DNA from: Candidatus Hydrogenedentota bacterium
GTDB lineage: Bacteria; Hydrogenedentota; Hydrogenedentia; Hydrogenedentales; SLHB01
Direction: 5' to 3'
DNA length: 64,000 nucleotides
Assembly (NCBI GenBank): GCA_020848835.1
Contig: JADLHJ010000084.1
Span: 86,914 to 150,913 of the forward strand
Position numbers and translations under genes: made by a program. Numbering within the stretch: position 1 is the first letter of the stretch; every line of letters starts with the position of its first letter. Positions 31,211 through 41,514 of the stretch are shown piece by piece. The notes below the pieces were generated by a model. That model saw nothing but the letters and a program-made list of their open reading frames with translations. It did not search any database and had not been told where the DNA came from.

Positions 31211-32215
31211 CTAGAACTGCTCCAGAAAGCGGAGGTCGCCTTCGTAAAAGTGATGAATGCTATTAATCTGATGCCGCGCCATCGCGATGCGCTCGACGCC
31301 CATACCGAAGGCGAATCCGGTGTATCGCTCGTAGTCGTAGCCGGCATATTCGAACACGCGGGGATGAACCATCCCGCAGCCGCCAATCTCAAGTAGGCGT
31401 TCCTGGGTCTGCCCACCACGCTCGGATGTCCAGAGGACATGTATCTCCGCGGATGGCTCGGTGAAGGGAAAGAAATGCGGGTTGAAGCGCACCTTCACGT
31501 TACCGCCCAGCAGGCGTTTCAGGAAGTGCATCAGGGTGCCTTTGAGGTCGGCGAAGCTGACCCCTTCGTCCACCAGCAAACCTTCCACTTGGTAGAACAT
31601 CGGGCTGTGGGTGGAGTCTGCGTCCACCCGGTAGACCCGGCCAGGAGCCACCACGGCAACCGGCGGCTTGCAACGCTCCATGACGCGCATCTGTACCGGC
31701 GAGGTGTGGGTGCGAAGAACAGTCCCCGGGGCCACGAAGAATGTGTCGTGGGAGTCACGCGCCGGGTGATCGTCGGGGGTGTTCAAGGCATCAAAATTAT
31801 AGTACTCCGTCTCAACCTCCGGCCCCGTAGCCACTTGGAAACCAAGTTCACCCAGGATTTCGATGATTTCATCAGTAACTTGGGAAACGAGGTGCAGGTG
31901 GCCCTTCGGCGGGCGGCGTCCCGGCAATGATAGGTCGGGCAAGTCTTCTGCTGGTTTTGCAGCGCTCTCGGCTGAACCCAGCACTGAGGTCCGTTCTTCA
32001 AGCGCGGTGGTCAGCGCGATCTTCAGTTCGTTGGCAGCCTTACCCAACGCCGGGCGCTGGTCCTGCGGGGCCTCGCTAACCCCACGCAACAGGCCGGTCA
32101 GCTCGCCTTTGCGGCCTAAGTACTTGACGCGAAGGTCTTCTGCGTCGCGCAGTGACGCCGCGCCCGCGATTTCCGCGAGGGCCTGTGTGCGTAGTTTCTC
32201 TATTGTCTCCAGCAT
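31211..32215 (-). CDS. pheS: Phenylalanine--tRNA ligase alpha subunit
   Basis: Class II aaRS motifs, e.g. 'FNPHFFPFTEPSAEIHV' and 'GCGMVHPRV'. Confidence 0.9.
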   Translation of the reverse strand: MLETIEKLRTQALAEIAGAASLRDAEDLRVKYLGRKGELTGLLRGVSEAPQDQRPALGKAANELKIALTTALEERTSVLGSAESAAKPAEDLPDLSLPGRRPPKGHLHLVSQVTDEIIEILGELGFQVATGPEVETEYYNFDALNTPDDHPARDSHDTFFVAPGTVLRTHTSPVQMRVMERCKPPVAVVAPGRVYRVDADSTHSPMFYQVEGLLVDEGVSFADLKGTLMHFLKRLLGGNVKVRFNPHFFPFTEPSAEIHVLWTSERGGQTQERLLEIGGCGMVHPRVFEYAGYDYERYTGFAFGMGVERIAMARHQINSIHHFYEGDLRFLEQF

Positions 32216-32311
32216 GATTCCCTAACTGTATTCCTTGGCACTTTGCTAAGCCAAAGCGATGTCTACCGCCACCGCACTCCATATAGGCTTCTTAAACTTG
32301 TAAAGTCATTC

Positions 32312-32965
32312 TCATTCCAACAGCGCAGACCCGATGCGCACTTCGGTAGAACCTTCTTCGATAGCGACTTCAAAATCGTTGGACATCCCCATTGAGACAC
32401 GCTTCAAACCGAATCGATCGGCGAGCGTTCGTAACTCCGCAAAGATTGGCCGTGCTTGCTCGGCATTGTCAAAAAATGGGGCCATTGTCATCAAACCTTC
32501 CACCTGAAGTGCAGCAATTGCCCGCATTTGCTCCAAGGCTTGAGGCAAGACCTCGACGGCGAATCCGTGCTTCGACTCTTCCCCGGACACATTCACTTCG
32601 ATGAGCACGGGTAGCGGCGATGGCCTATCCCCCGCTCTTAGTCCAAGTTCCTCTGCCAGTTCGATGCGATCCACGGCGTCCACGCAGTCGAAAAGGCGCA
32701 CAACGTCTTTACACTTGCGACGCTGAATATTACCGATCATGTGCCACGTTACGCCACTGTCCAGCACACCTTTTTTGGGTTCCACGGCTTGAACCCGGCT
32801 TTCTCCAAAGTTCGTAATCCCTAGACGGTAAAGCTCCTGAACCTCGCGAATGCCGACGGTTTTCGTCACCGCGACGAGCGTGACTGAATTCGCCGTTCGT
32901 CCCGAACGTGCAAGCGCACTCAGAATTCGATCTTGGATTCGGTGAAGATTGTCGGAAATTGCCAC
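32312..32965 (-). CDS. yggS: YggS-family pyridoxal 5'-phosphate homeostasis protein (PLPBP)
   Basis: 'LVAVTKTV' PLP-lysine region and the 'VSMGMSNDFEVAIEEGSTEVRIGSALL' C-terminus; 217 aa. Confidence 0.85.
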   Translation of the reverse strand: MAISDNLHRIQDRILSALARSGRTANSVTLVAVTKTVGIREVQELYRLGITNFGESRVQAVEPKKGVLDSGVTWHMIGNIQRRKCKDVVRLFDCVDAVDRIELAEELGLRAGDRPSPLPVLIEVNVSGEESKHGFAVEVLPQALEQMRAIAALQVEGLMTMAPFFDNAEQARPIFAELRTLADRFGLKRVSMGMSNDFEVAIEEGSTEVRIGSALLE

Positions 32966-33184
32966 GGTGATTTTCTTTGGTGATCGGTTCGTACGAAAAC
33001 AGTGATATGGTATTTGTCGCCGCGCAATGCGTCAAGGTGATGCAAATAGTTCCACGCGGAACGTCAAAGAAATTCACCATTTACAGCGAAAGGCGATTTC
33101 GATTTCACTATTGACGACTTGTTGCTGATGATGCGCTGTAGCAGATTGCAACACAATTTATTGCGATACGTCTATTAATTTCCT

Positions 33185-35656
33185 ATGCGAAAGGTAACAC
33201 ATACCATGCAATTTTTAAGATTCATAGGGATGATCTGGATCGTCCAGTCAATATTATGCATCGCTGCGGCAAAATCCTCGGATCTAGAGACATTACTCCG
33301 TCACGCCGATGACTACGTCTACGGATATTACCCTGATGGCTACCGAATAAAAACGGAATCTGGGGTTGCGCCGTCACCACAGAATAGGTTTGTCATTCAA
33401 ACTCCTATATATGCACTGGAGCACGCTGGCCAGGTGGGGGTGAGCGCTTTAGGAAAACTATATCGCGGCGTTAGCCCGGAAAATGCAGCGAGGCAGATTT
33501 ATACGGACATCTCGAGTCAATTGAATAGTGACGCGCCCAGTTTTGGAGTACGGATTGGTGCGACCGAGTATACGGCACTTCGCATTGCTGCCAAGCCAGA
33601 GGACCTGGTCATACAGCGCCTCGGAAAGTATCTGGCCCATATTGAACTCCGCGGATTTTCCTTTTTGGGTGAAGACAACAAAGTGGCACCCTTTACAGTC
33701 GATGCGCGCCTTCATATTTACGCCTGGCCTGACCATGCTCGACTCATCTTTGAAATTCGACCCGAGTCAGAGCTGGCACAAATCAGTGTGTTCTCGCGCG
33801 AACTCCTCACCAACCGGCGTAATTCGATGCGGATCGTGGATCTCGATGTTCGCGGGCATGTGCGAAAAGAGCGGCCCGGCGAAGTGTTAATCGAGCGGAG
33901 CGCAGACACGTTGACGGCAGGCGCATCATTGTATGTCGCGGTGGGACTCTATCCGAGTAATGCGCTGGTAAATCTCTCCCCTGTGTGTCAGGTCCGCGCG
34001 GAAGGAATCGCGCCATACACAGGCCCGCTGGACGTGCAATATGACGTGCGCGCGGGTTGGCAACAAATTCTGCTGGGGCCGAACGCTGACATCTGGACCA
34101 TGGAACGCGTGAAAGTGGAAGTCGAAAATCCCAGCGATAAATCGCAGACCCTGCACCTTGCGTTTTCCAAACGCGGCGGTGGATTCGGAATCACGGGTAT
34201 GTCGCCGGTGCTGTGCGATGCGGATGGCGCACCGCTGGGACTGCCCATCCAGATATCGAAGAACTGGCATTGTTCGCCGCCGTGGTTCGACGGCATCACG
34301 ATTTTAGAACTCCCTCCGAATTACAAACATACTTTTGAGTTTCGTCTTGCTTATGCCGAGTGGGGCGGCGTGCCTGCGGTGTCACACGCGCAACTCGCGC
34401 TCGAAGGCTGGGGCACGCATCAGTTGTGGGATGAGTGCGCGATTGGGTCGTTCGGCGAGAGCATTACTTACGACCCGGATGTGAATCTCAACCGATCGAT
34501 GATCGATGACGTGCGGCCGCTGATGGTTTGGGGTATGGGGCAGTCGCCACAACAGAAATGGTCGTGGACGCATAATGTCGGCGGTGGCGATTTTCTGGTG
34601 CTCGAGCAAGAAGGCAAACGCCAATACCTCGCGCGACAGAAAACAGACTACGACATGCAGGGCCCCGTCCTGACCTGTGTACGGTATTCAGGTGAAACGC
34701 CAGACGGCGCGATTCAATCGCACATCACCACGCAAAGTTGGCGCAGCAACGATTTCGTGCGCGGACTCTATACGCTGCGATACGACGTGGTGAAAGATGT
34801 CGCGTTTTCGCGCCTCGCATTTTTTCAACTTGGCGCAGACCACTACAACACGAACATCTTCACGCAACTCTCGCGCGGCGATCTAGATGGGGAAAAAGAA
34901 ACGTGGCCACCCCTGATGGGCGGGAAAAAATTTAGTCGCGAAGGAATACCTATCGAAGGGGAAAAGCCTTGGTTTGCGATTACGGGCAATACGAAAAATC
35001 CGCCCCCATTTATAAAAGAAGGAGATCAAGGCGCGTGGGGCGACCGCGGGATGATCGTACATTCGTGGAAAGCACGGCTGAATGGCGAAGATGTGCCACT
35101 CCCCCACTATTCGATCTACGGTACCGAAGACGGAAACGTTCCTAGCGCCATAGTCGAGCTGGCGCCTCCGGCGGGCCTTACGCATTTGAAAAAAGGCGAC
35201 TACGTTGAGGCAATGGTAGAAATGGTAATCCTTCCCCAATCGGCAGACGATTATTACGGCCCGAACGAAGCGCTACGTGCAGCGTTGAAGGAACACGGCG
35301 GCACGTGGCGCATGGTGCATCGCGAAGCCCAAGGCACCGCGCTGCGCATCCGCGCTAAAGAAGGTGACGTTGTCACGCAATGGCCCGTCGTAATCCGCGC
35401 ACATCGTGGCAAACGTGCCGCGTTCACCATTGAAGGCGGAAACGGCTGGCTTCCTGTCACCATCTCAGGCGCGAATTCACCCGGAAGACCAACGCTCATC
35501 GTAACTGTCAACGGCACACCCCAGCCGGCAAGTGACGGGAATGATTGGTGGCAAACACGTTGGAGAGCAACGCAGCATTCTTGTGACTACGTCTACACGC
35601 TCGATTTGAGCCAGCAGGCAAATGAACGCGTGGTGAACTGGAATGCCGACTATTAA
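33185..35656 (+). CDS. Large secreted hypothetical protein (823 aa), no family recognised; possibly a novel carbohydrate-active protein
   Basis: Signal peptide 'MQFLRFIGMIWIVQSILCIAAA'. A long open frame immediately upstream of a GH106-like gene with a 110-bp gap; no motif I can assign. Confidence 0.5.
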   Translation: MRKVTHTMQFLRFIGMIWIVQSILCIAAAKSSDLETLLRHADDYVYGYYPDGYRIKTESGVAPSPQNRFVIQTPIYALEHAGQVGVSALGKLYRGVSPENAARQIYTDISSQLNSDAPSFGVRIGATEYTALRIAAKPEDLVIQRLGKYLAHIELRGFSFLGEDNKVAPFTVDARLHIYAWPDHARLIFEIRPESELAQISVFSRELLTNRRNSMRIVDLDVRGHVRKERPGEVLIERSADTLTAGASLYVAVGLYPSNALVNLSPVCQVRAEGIAPYTGPLDVQYDVRAGWQQILLGPNADIWTMERVKVEVENPSDKSQTLHLAFSKRGGGFGITGMSPVLCDADGAPLGLPIQISKNWHCSPPWFDGITILELPPNYKHTFEFRLAYAEWGGVPAVSHAQLALEGWGTHQLWDECAIGSFGESITYDPDVNLNRSMIDDVRPLMVWGMGQSPQQKWSWTHNVGGGDFLVLEQEGKRQYLARQKTDYDMQGPVLTCVRYSGETPDGAIQSHITTQSWRSNDFVRGLYTLRYDVVKDVAFSRLAFFQLGADHYNTNIFTQLSRGDLDGEKETWPPLMGGKKFSREGIPIEGEKPWFAITGNTKNPPPFIKEGDQGAWGDRGMIVHSWKARLNGEDVPLPHYSIYGTEDGNVPSAIVELAPPAGLTHLKKGDYVEAMVEMVILPQSADDYYGPNEALRAALKEHGGTWRMVHREAQGTALRIRAKEGDVVTQWPVVIRAHRGKRAAFTIEGGNGWLPVTISGANSPGRPTLIVTVNGTPQPASDGNDWWQTRWRATQHSCDYVYTLDLSQQANERVVNWNADY

Positions 35657-35766
35657 TGATTTGTATTTTCCAGGCGTTGGGAGCATGATCGTTCCGGGGA
35701 AATGAAACCGCGCGACGTGAACATATTGCCGGGGGGTAATATTCACGAGGTTTCAAGGGGGAATTC

Positions 35767-38700
35767 ATGCTTGCCAAATCTGTGTGCCTTGCCGTGGGGG
35801 TGGCGCTATCCATGTCATTTGTAGCATTTTCCGAGTCATCCAGATCAATCCTTGAAGGCTTCAAATCTCCTTCACGCACCTACAGTTCCGCACCACTATG
35901 GGTATGGAACGATTTACTTACCGAGGAACAAGTGCTCGCAACTTTGCGGGATCTCGCCGCCCAGGATGTAAAGCAGGTGTTTGTACACCCGCGCCCGGGC
36001 CTGATGACGCCATATCTATCCAAAGACTGGTTTGCCCTTTGGAAGGCCGTGCTGCGCGAGGCCGAAGTGCTTGATATGAATGTGTGGATATATGACGAAA
36101 ACTCATATCCTTCCGGATTCGCGGGGGGCTTTGTCCCCGAAGCCATGCCGGAATCGCACGGATTGGGTTTCACACTCGAAACTGCAACAAAGCCGGCGGC
36201 GTGGGCGCAAGACACGCTGGCCGTCTATCGCATTTCGAACGGCAAAGCGCAGAACATCAGTGACACAGTGCGCTCGGGAGAGGCCCTGCCCGACGGCGAG
36301 TATGTGACGGCAGCCATCAATGAGTCGAAGTCTTCCCCATGGTTTGGCGGGAAGTACTACGTCGATTTGCTGCGTCCCGGCGTGACGCAGAAATTCCTGG
36401 AAATTACGATGGACGCGTACAAACGCGAAATTGGCGATCAATTCGGCAAGCGCGTGCCGGGATCGTTTACGGACGAGCCCCATCTTGCGCCGGCCGGCGG
36501 ATTTCACTGGACGCCGGACCTGCCGGAAGTTATGCAGCAGCGTTACGGCTATTCCATTTTGGACACATTGCCTAGTCTGTCACAGCCGGTAGGCGATTGG
36601 CGCGCTGTTCGCCACGACTACTATCAAACATTGTTGCATCTGTTCATAGAGCGTTGGGCCAAGCCTTACCACGATTATTGCGCCGCAAACAATTTGGAAT
36701 TTACTGGTCATTATTGGGAACACGAATGGCCCAATTGCAGGCAGGCACCAGACAACATGGCGATGTACGCGTGGCACCAGCGCCCTGCAATCGACACGCT
36801 ATTCAATGAGTACGACGAGGGAACGCATGCACAGTTTGGCAACGTGCGCGCAGTGCTGGAACTCGCCAGCGCGGCAAATCAGTCGGGCGCGAAACGCACG
36901 CTATGCGAGGCCTACGGCGGCGGCGGTTGGGACATGCGCTTCGAAGATATGAAACGCATCGGCGATTGGCTATACGCACTTGGAGTGAACACGCTCGATC
37001 AACACCTCTCGTACATCACAATGCGCGGTGCGCGAAAGTACGATTATCCGCCTTCGTTTTCGTATCACGAACCGTGGTGGGACAGTTATCACGTGCTGGG
37101 GCAGTATTTCACGCGCTTGTCGGCCGTGTTGTCGAGTGGGGAGCCGGTCGCGGATATTCTCGTTATCGAACCGACTACCACGGCGTGGATGTATCAGACC
37201 GATGCGGACAAGGCCAAGCGAGAGGAATTAGGAAACTCATTTCAACAGTTGGTCACCTACCTGGCGCAGGCGCAAGTCGAATTCGATCTCGGTTCGGAAG
37301 ACATCATCATCCGGCAAGGCGCAATCGATAAAGCCGGTCTCCGCGTCGGCAAGCGTGTCTATAAAACGATCATCCTGCCTGCGCATATGGAAACACTCGA
37401 TAGCAAAACAGTCGATCTGTTAAATGCATTTGCAGATGCCAAGTTTTCGCTCTATACAATGGGTGAACCCGCGCTGCAATATATCGATGCACGCCCTTCA
37501 GAAAAGGCTGCCGCACTTCTTGCAAAAGCAAAATTGGTGTCTCTGGGCGATCTCGTTGCGAACTGGGTTTCAGTCAAAAGCGAAACGCGCGTGCAGGTCG
37601 CTGCGCAGAAAGACAGCATCGTGTATCACCTTCGCCGCAAGCTCGAAGACGGCGAACTCTTATTTATCGCGAACACCAGAAACGACGAACCAGCCACGAT
37701 CCAAATCCGATCGCACGCCAAATCAATACAGGAATGGAATCTAGAGGCGGGCGCTGTAGAGCCACTGTCGTGCGCGAACCCCGGCGAAATTACCCAAGAA
37801 CTGCCGCCAGCGGGAAGCCTGCTTGTTTTCTTGAATGCGGCCGAAACAGCTCCGACAGCGATCGCAGAGGAAGCGGAGCAGGTTGTGACACTGAGCGATT
37901 CTTCGCAAATCGTGCGGATCGCGCCAAATGTGCTCACGCTCGACTACTTGGACTTGAAAATCGGCGACAAGGAGTATCCGAAACAATACATGTACGCGGC
38001 GGCGCGCCTCGCGTTTCAAAGCGTGGGATTGCCGGAAGATCCGTGGGATCACGCAGTGCAATTCAACGATGAACTCATTCGTATGACCTTTCCTGAGAAT
38101 AGCGGATTCGAGGCGACCTATCATTTCAATATGCGCGGCGCGATACCTGGCGTGTTGCATGCTGTCGTCGAAAGGCCTGAACTCTATTCGATATCGTGCA
38201 ACGGAGTGCCGGTCGCAGCTACTCCCGGCGAATGGTGGCTTGATCGCGCATTCGGCAAGATCGATATCACAAAGGCGGCACACGAAGGCGATAACACGCT
38301 GACGTTAAAAGCGTCACCGATGACGATGCACCACGAAATCACAGCGGTCTATATACTTGGAAACTTCGCGTTGGAACCAGCCGATGCAGGGCACGTCATT
38401 GTTGCGCCCGCTGAACTGAAACTCGGCGCATGGAATACGCAGGGTTGCCCGTTCTACGCGCAGGGCGTCGGTTATACGCAACACTTTAATGTGTCCAAGC
38501 CCGCGTCAAAATATATCGTAGCGCTTCCTGCGTGGTACGGCAGTGTGGCGAAGGTGATGGTGAACGGCGAATTGGCTGGGCACATCGGCTGGCAACCGGC
38601 CAAGTGCGACGTAACGAAACTTATCAAACCCGGCGAGAATGCTATAGAGGTGATTGTCGTTGGAACCTTGAAGAATACGCTCGGTCCCTATTTCGGAAAA

Positions 38701-38832
38701 GAGCGGCTCGGCTTCGCGTCGCCACATTCATTTCGCGATGCCCCCGAGTCGGGTCCGCCCGCAGCCACGGCGTACAACTCAATTGGGTACGGACTGATGA
38801 AACCATTCACACTGCTGGCATCGGCGCAGTAG
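35767..38832 (+). CDS. Glycoside hydrolase, GH106-like (putative alpha-L-rhamnosidase-type), secreted
   Basis: The signal peptide is followed by 'PLWVWNDLLTEEQVLATLRDLAAQDVKQVFVHPRPGLMTPYLSKDWF...VWIYDENSYPSGFAGG', matching the remembered N-terminal motif of the GH106 family; 1021 aa. The family is recalled from memory, not searched. Confidence 0.5.
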   Translation: MLAKSVCLAVGVALSMSFVAFSESSRSILEGFKSPSRTYSSAPLWVWNDLLTEEQVLATLRDLAAQDVKQVFVHPRPGLMTPYLSKDWFALWKAVLREAEVLDMNVWIYDENSYPSGFAGGFVPEAMPESHGLGFTLETATKPAAWAQDTLAVYRISNGKAQNISDTVRSGEALPDGEYVTAAINESKSSPWFGGKYYVDLLRPGVTQKFLEITMDAYKREIGDQFGKRVPGSFTDEPHLAPAGGFHWTPDLPEVMQQRYGYSILDTLPSLSQPVGDWRAVRHDYYQTLLHLFIERWAKPYHDYCAANNLEFTGHYWEHEWPNCRQAPDNMAMYAWHQRPAIDTLFNEYDEGTHAQFGNVRAVLELASAANQSGAKRTLCEAYGGGGWDMRFEDMKRIGDWLYALGVNTLDQHLSYITMRGARKYDYPPSFSYHEPWWDSYHVLGQYFTRLSAVLSSGEPVADILVIEPTTTAWMYQTDADKAKREELGNSFQQLVTYLAQAQVEFDLGSEDIIIRQGAIDKAGLRVGKRVYKTIILPAHMETLDSKTVDLLNAFADAKFSLYTMGEPALQYIDARPSEKAAALLAKAKLVSLGDLVANWVSVKSETRVQVAAQKDSIVYHLRRKLEDGELLFIANTRNDEPATIQIRSHAKSIQEWNLEAGAVEPLSCANPGEITQELPPAGSLLVFLNAAETAPTAIAEEAEQVVTLSDSSQIVRIAPNVLTLDYLDLKIGDKEYPKQYMYAAARLAFQSVGLPEDPWDHAVQFNDELIRMTFPENSGFEATYHFNMRGAIPGVLHAVVERPELYSISCNGVPVAATPGEWWLDRAFGKIDITKAAHEGDNTLTLKASPMTMHHEITAVYILGNFALEPADAGHVIVAPAELKLGAWNTQGCPFYAQGVGYTQHFNVSKPASKYIVALPAWYGSVAKVMVNGELAGHIGWQPAKCDVTKLIKPGENAIEVIVVGTLKNTLGPYFGKERLGFASPHSFRDAPESGPPAATAYNSIGYGLMKPFTLLASAQ

Positions 38833-38848
38833 TCAGAATTTCTTCACG

Positions 38849-39706
38849 TTATGCAGCGGACACGGCGCCGAGCATGGCATCTATGCGCTCGCTCGCCTGC
38901 TGCAATTCCTGAATAATGTCTTGAAATTTGCCCTGATCCAATTTCAGGGTCATTGCCGACGACATGGGGTACGCGTGTTCGCCGACGTTACTTGACTCGC
39001 CATAGCCCGCAACATAGGCGAGATAATTGGCAAGCGCGGTGACGTGCGCGAGCTGCGGAGAGAGCATGGCCTGATCGGGCGAATGGTGACGGCGCAACGC
39101 TTCGGTCAAAAGCGGCGGAAGGTTCCAATGCTCGCCCAATACCCCACCCACTTCCGCATGGTCCATGCCGAAGATTTCCGGTTCCACTTCATAGAGCGGG
39201 CGCTGCGATTCGACGGCCCGTTTGACCGCTTCCTGAAAGTTGTCGGGATACACACTGTCGAGCGCGACTTTGCCTATGTCGTGCAATAGACCCGCGCTGA
39301 AATGGCTGCCGTCTGCCTCGAGCGAAAGGCGTTTCGCGATGCGTTCCGCGGCCATGGCGGTAGCGAGACTGTGCCGCCAAAGCTGATTGCGATCGTAAGG
39401 CGAAGTGCTCTTCGCAAAGGAACGAAACGCGGACGCCGCAAGCACGAGGTTCTGCACCTCACGAAATCCGAGAATCACGATGGCGTCCTTCACCGTCGTG
39501 ATTTTGCGGTAAAAGCCATAGAAAGCGGAGTTCACCTGGCGCAGCAACGTAGCGGAAAGGCTCTGATCCGCGGCGATATGTTTGCCGAGATCGAGTGCGG
39601 ATGCGTCAGGGTCTGCAATCGCTTCCATAATTTGGCCCAGTACCGTGGGAAGCGTGGGCAAACGGCTGATGCGGGATACTGCGTCGCGTACGTCTGGGGC
39701 GTCCAA
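38849..39706 (-). CDS. HDOD-domain protein (HD-related output/signalling domain)
   Basis: 'LPTLPTVLGQIMEAIADPDASALDLGKHIAADQSLSATLLRQVNSAFYG' is HDOD-typical. The start is uncertain: the TTG at 39704-39706 is chosen; the Arg-rich upstream 94 aa of the track ORF look non-native. Confidence 0.55.
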   Translation of the reverse strand: MDAPDVRDAVSRISRLPTLPTVLGQIMEAIADPDASALDLGKHIAADQSLSATLLRQVNSAFYGFYRKITTVKDAIVILGFREVQNLVLAASAFRSFAKSTSPYDRNQLWRHSLATAMAAERIAKRLSLEADGSHFSAGLLHDIGKVALDSVYPDNFQEAVKRAVESQRPLYEVEPEIFGMDHAEVGGVLGEHWNLPPLLTEALRRHHSPDQAMLSPQLAHVTALANYLAYVAGYGESSNVGEHAYPMSSAMTLKLDQGKFQDIIQELQQASERIDAMLGAVSAA

Positions 39707-39927
39707 CTCGATGGATCTCCAAAAAAAGATTCTCGCGCGCCAAAGTGCCGGAGCGCGCCGCTCGCACGATAGACTAGAGCGGCACGTAGACGCAAGGACA
39801 CCAAGAAAATAAATCGGGCGGCGTAGCGGCTCTCTCGCCGAGCGTGGCGCGATTTTGCGCACAAGAATGCGTGCGGCAACAGCGCGGCGATGGGCTTTGA
39901 GACGCGCCGCGTTCAGCGAACGAGGCG

Positions 39928-40917
39928 CTACCTGGCGCGCTTCTTTTTTGAAGCCACTTTCTTTTTCGCGTTCCTCGTCCCAGGCCACGGGCGCGGCGGC
40001 TCTTCCGGAAGATTGTCAGTGATTGGCGAAGGGAATTGCGCCGGCACGAAACCGCCAACGCGCTGGGCAAGGCCAATAGCGTCGTATGGCGCGCGGACTT
40101 TCACGTCGTTGTCGAAATACACATAGACGTCGCGCGCGCGCTCTTTGTGCGCTTTGGCAATTGATGCACGATGCGCATCCTCTGGCTCGCGTCCCTTGCT
40201 CCATGCGAGCACGCGGGCGGCCCAACGGTCGAGCGCCTTCGGGGTGTAACCGCTTACGTACAATTTCTCATCGCCGTGGAGCCGCGCATAGACAAAATCA
40301 GCCGTGACGTCTTCGAGATAAGGCCATTTGCCTGCCGTGTCGGCAACCACAAGCGCGACGTTGTATTTGCGTAACAGCGCGATGAAGTCCGGTGAGCGGA
40401 ATGATTTGTGGCGGATTTCCATCGCGTGCCGCATCGGACGATTTTCTTTCACGCGGTAGAAGCTTCGCCCTTTAAGCCGGGCGTCATGTTTTCGCGCGAG
40501 CGTGGCCGCGGCTTTTGTGTCACGGGGCAATATCTTGAAGAAAGCTTCGATGCGTTCCGGATCGAAGGAAAAATTTGGCGGAAACTGCCATAGGATTGGG
40601 CCGAGTTTCTTCTCGAGCGCTAGAATGCCCTGCGCAAAAAAGTTTGGGAGCGCGGCGTCGATACCGCGCAGGCGTTTTAGGTGCGTGATGAATCGCGAAG
40701 CCTTTACCGAAAACACAAAATTATCCGGCGTTTCGGCATACCAGCGTTGCCAACTCGCCACGCTCTGCAGAGAATAAAACGAGCCGTTGATTTCAATGGT
40801 GTTGAGTTGGCGCGAAGCGTATTCCAGCTCGCGCTTTTGCGGTAGACCGTTCGGATAAAACGTTTTCCGCCAAGGTTCGTAAACCCAGCCGGATATGCCA
40901 ATACGAAGTTCGGTCAT
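39928..40917 (-). CDS. DUF72 (UPF0759/YecE-like) family protein
   Basis: 'IGISGWVYEPWRKTFYP...LNTIEINGSFYSL' is the DUF72 N-terminus; 329 aa with a Lys-rich C-terminal tail. Confidence 0.75.
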   Translation of the reverse strand: MTELRIGISGWVYEPWRKTFYPNGLPQKRELEYASRQLNTIEINGSFYSLQSVASWQRWYAETPDNFVFSVKASRFITHLKRLRGIDAALPNFFAQGILALEKKLGPILWQFPPNFSFDPERIEAFFKILPRDTKAAATLARKHDARLKGRSFYRVKENRPMRHAMEIRHKSFRSPDFIALLRKYNVALVVADTAGKWPYLEDVTADFVYARLHGDEKLYVSGYTPKALDRWAARVLAWSKGREPEDAHRASIAKAHKERARDVYVYFDNDVKVRAPYDAIGLAQRVGGFVPAQFPSPITDNLPEEPPRPWPGTRNAKKKVASKKKRAR

Positions 40918-41006
40918 TTGTGCGCCTCGATTCGCTCCGCAACAAAATTATGGTACCGTTATGGGAACGTGTGTGTGGGTCGATTTCGTCCCGGAAGGAG
41001 AATTGA

Positions 41007-41492
41007 ATGCCTGCGGAAGTGGACCAGTTGCCAAAAGTTGGAACCAAGGCACCTGCAATTTCGGTAAAAGACGGGGCGGGCAAGACCGTCAAGCTATCGG
41101 ATTTCAACGGGAAACCGGTGGTGCTGTATTTCTACCCGAAAGACGACACACCGGGGTGTACAGTTGAAGCCAAAGAATTTCAGGCCAGCATGAAGACCTT
41201 TGAAAAAGCTGGCGCGGTAGTAATAGGAGTAAGCCCCGACTCCCAAAAGTCGCACTGCAAATTCGCGGAGAAATTCGGACTGACATTCACGCTCCTCTGC
41301 GATGAAGACCACGCTGTCGCCGAGAAGTACGGCCTATGGGTCGAGAAGAGCATGTACGGCAAAAAGTACATGGGCGTCCAACGTGCCACATTTCTGATCG
41401 ACGGCGACGGAAAGATCGCGAAGGTATGGCCAAAAGTGAAGCCGGAAGGGCACGCAGCAGAAGTATTGGCGGCAATAAAAGAAGTCCTGTAA
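41007..41492 (+). CDS. bcp: Thioredoxin-dependent thiol peroxidase (Bcp / peroxiredoxin Q)
   Basis: 'VVLYFYPKDDTPGCTVEAKEF' with the peroxidatic Cys, and the resolving Cys region 'PGCT...'. Confidence 0.85.
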   Translation: MPAEVDQLPKVGTKAPAISVKDGAGKTVKLSDFNGKPVVLYFYPKDDTPGCTVEAKEFQASMKTFEKAGAVVIGVSPDSQKSHCKFAEKFGLTFTLLCDEDHAVAEKYGLWVEKSMYGKKYMGVQRATFLIDGDGKIAKVWPKVKPEGHAAEVLAAIKEVL

Positions 41493-41514
41493 GCAAAGGT
41501 AGGATTGCACAGCT

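Noticed and set aside
32216-32311. Possible T-box or leader-peptide attenuator upstream of pheS
   Set aside because: The 96-nt spacer is too short for a T-box. There is no 'AATTAGGGTGG'-like T-box core and no Phe-rich leader ORF.
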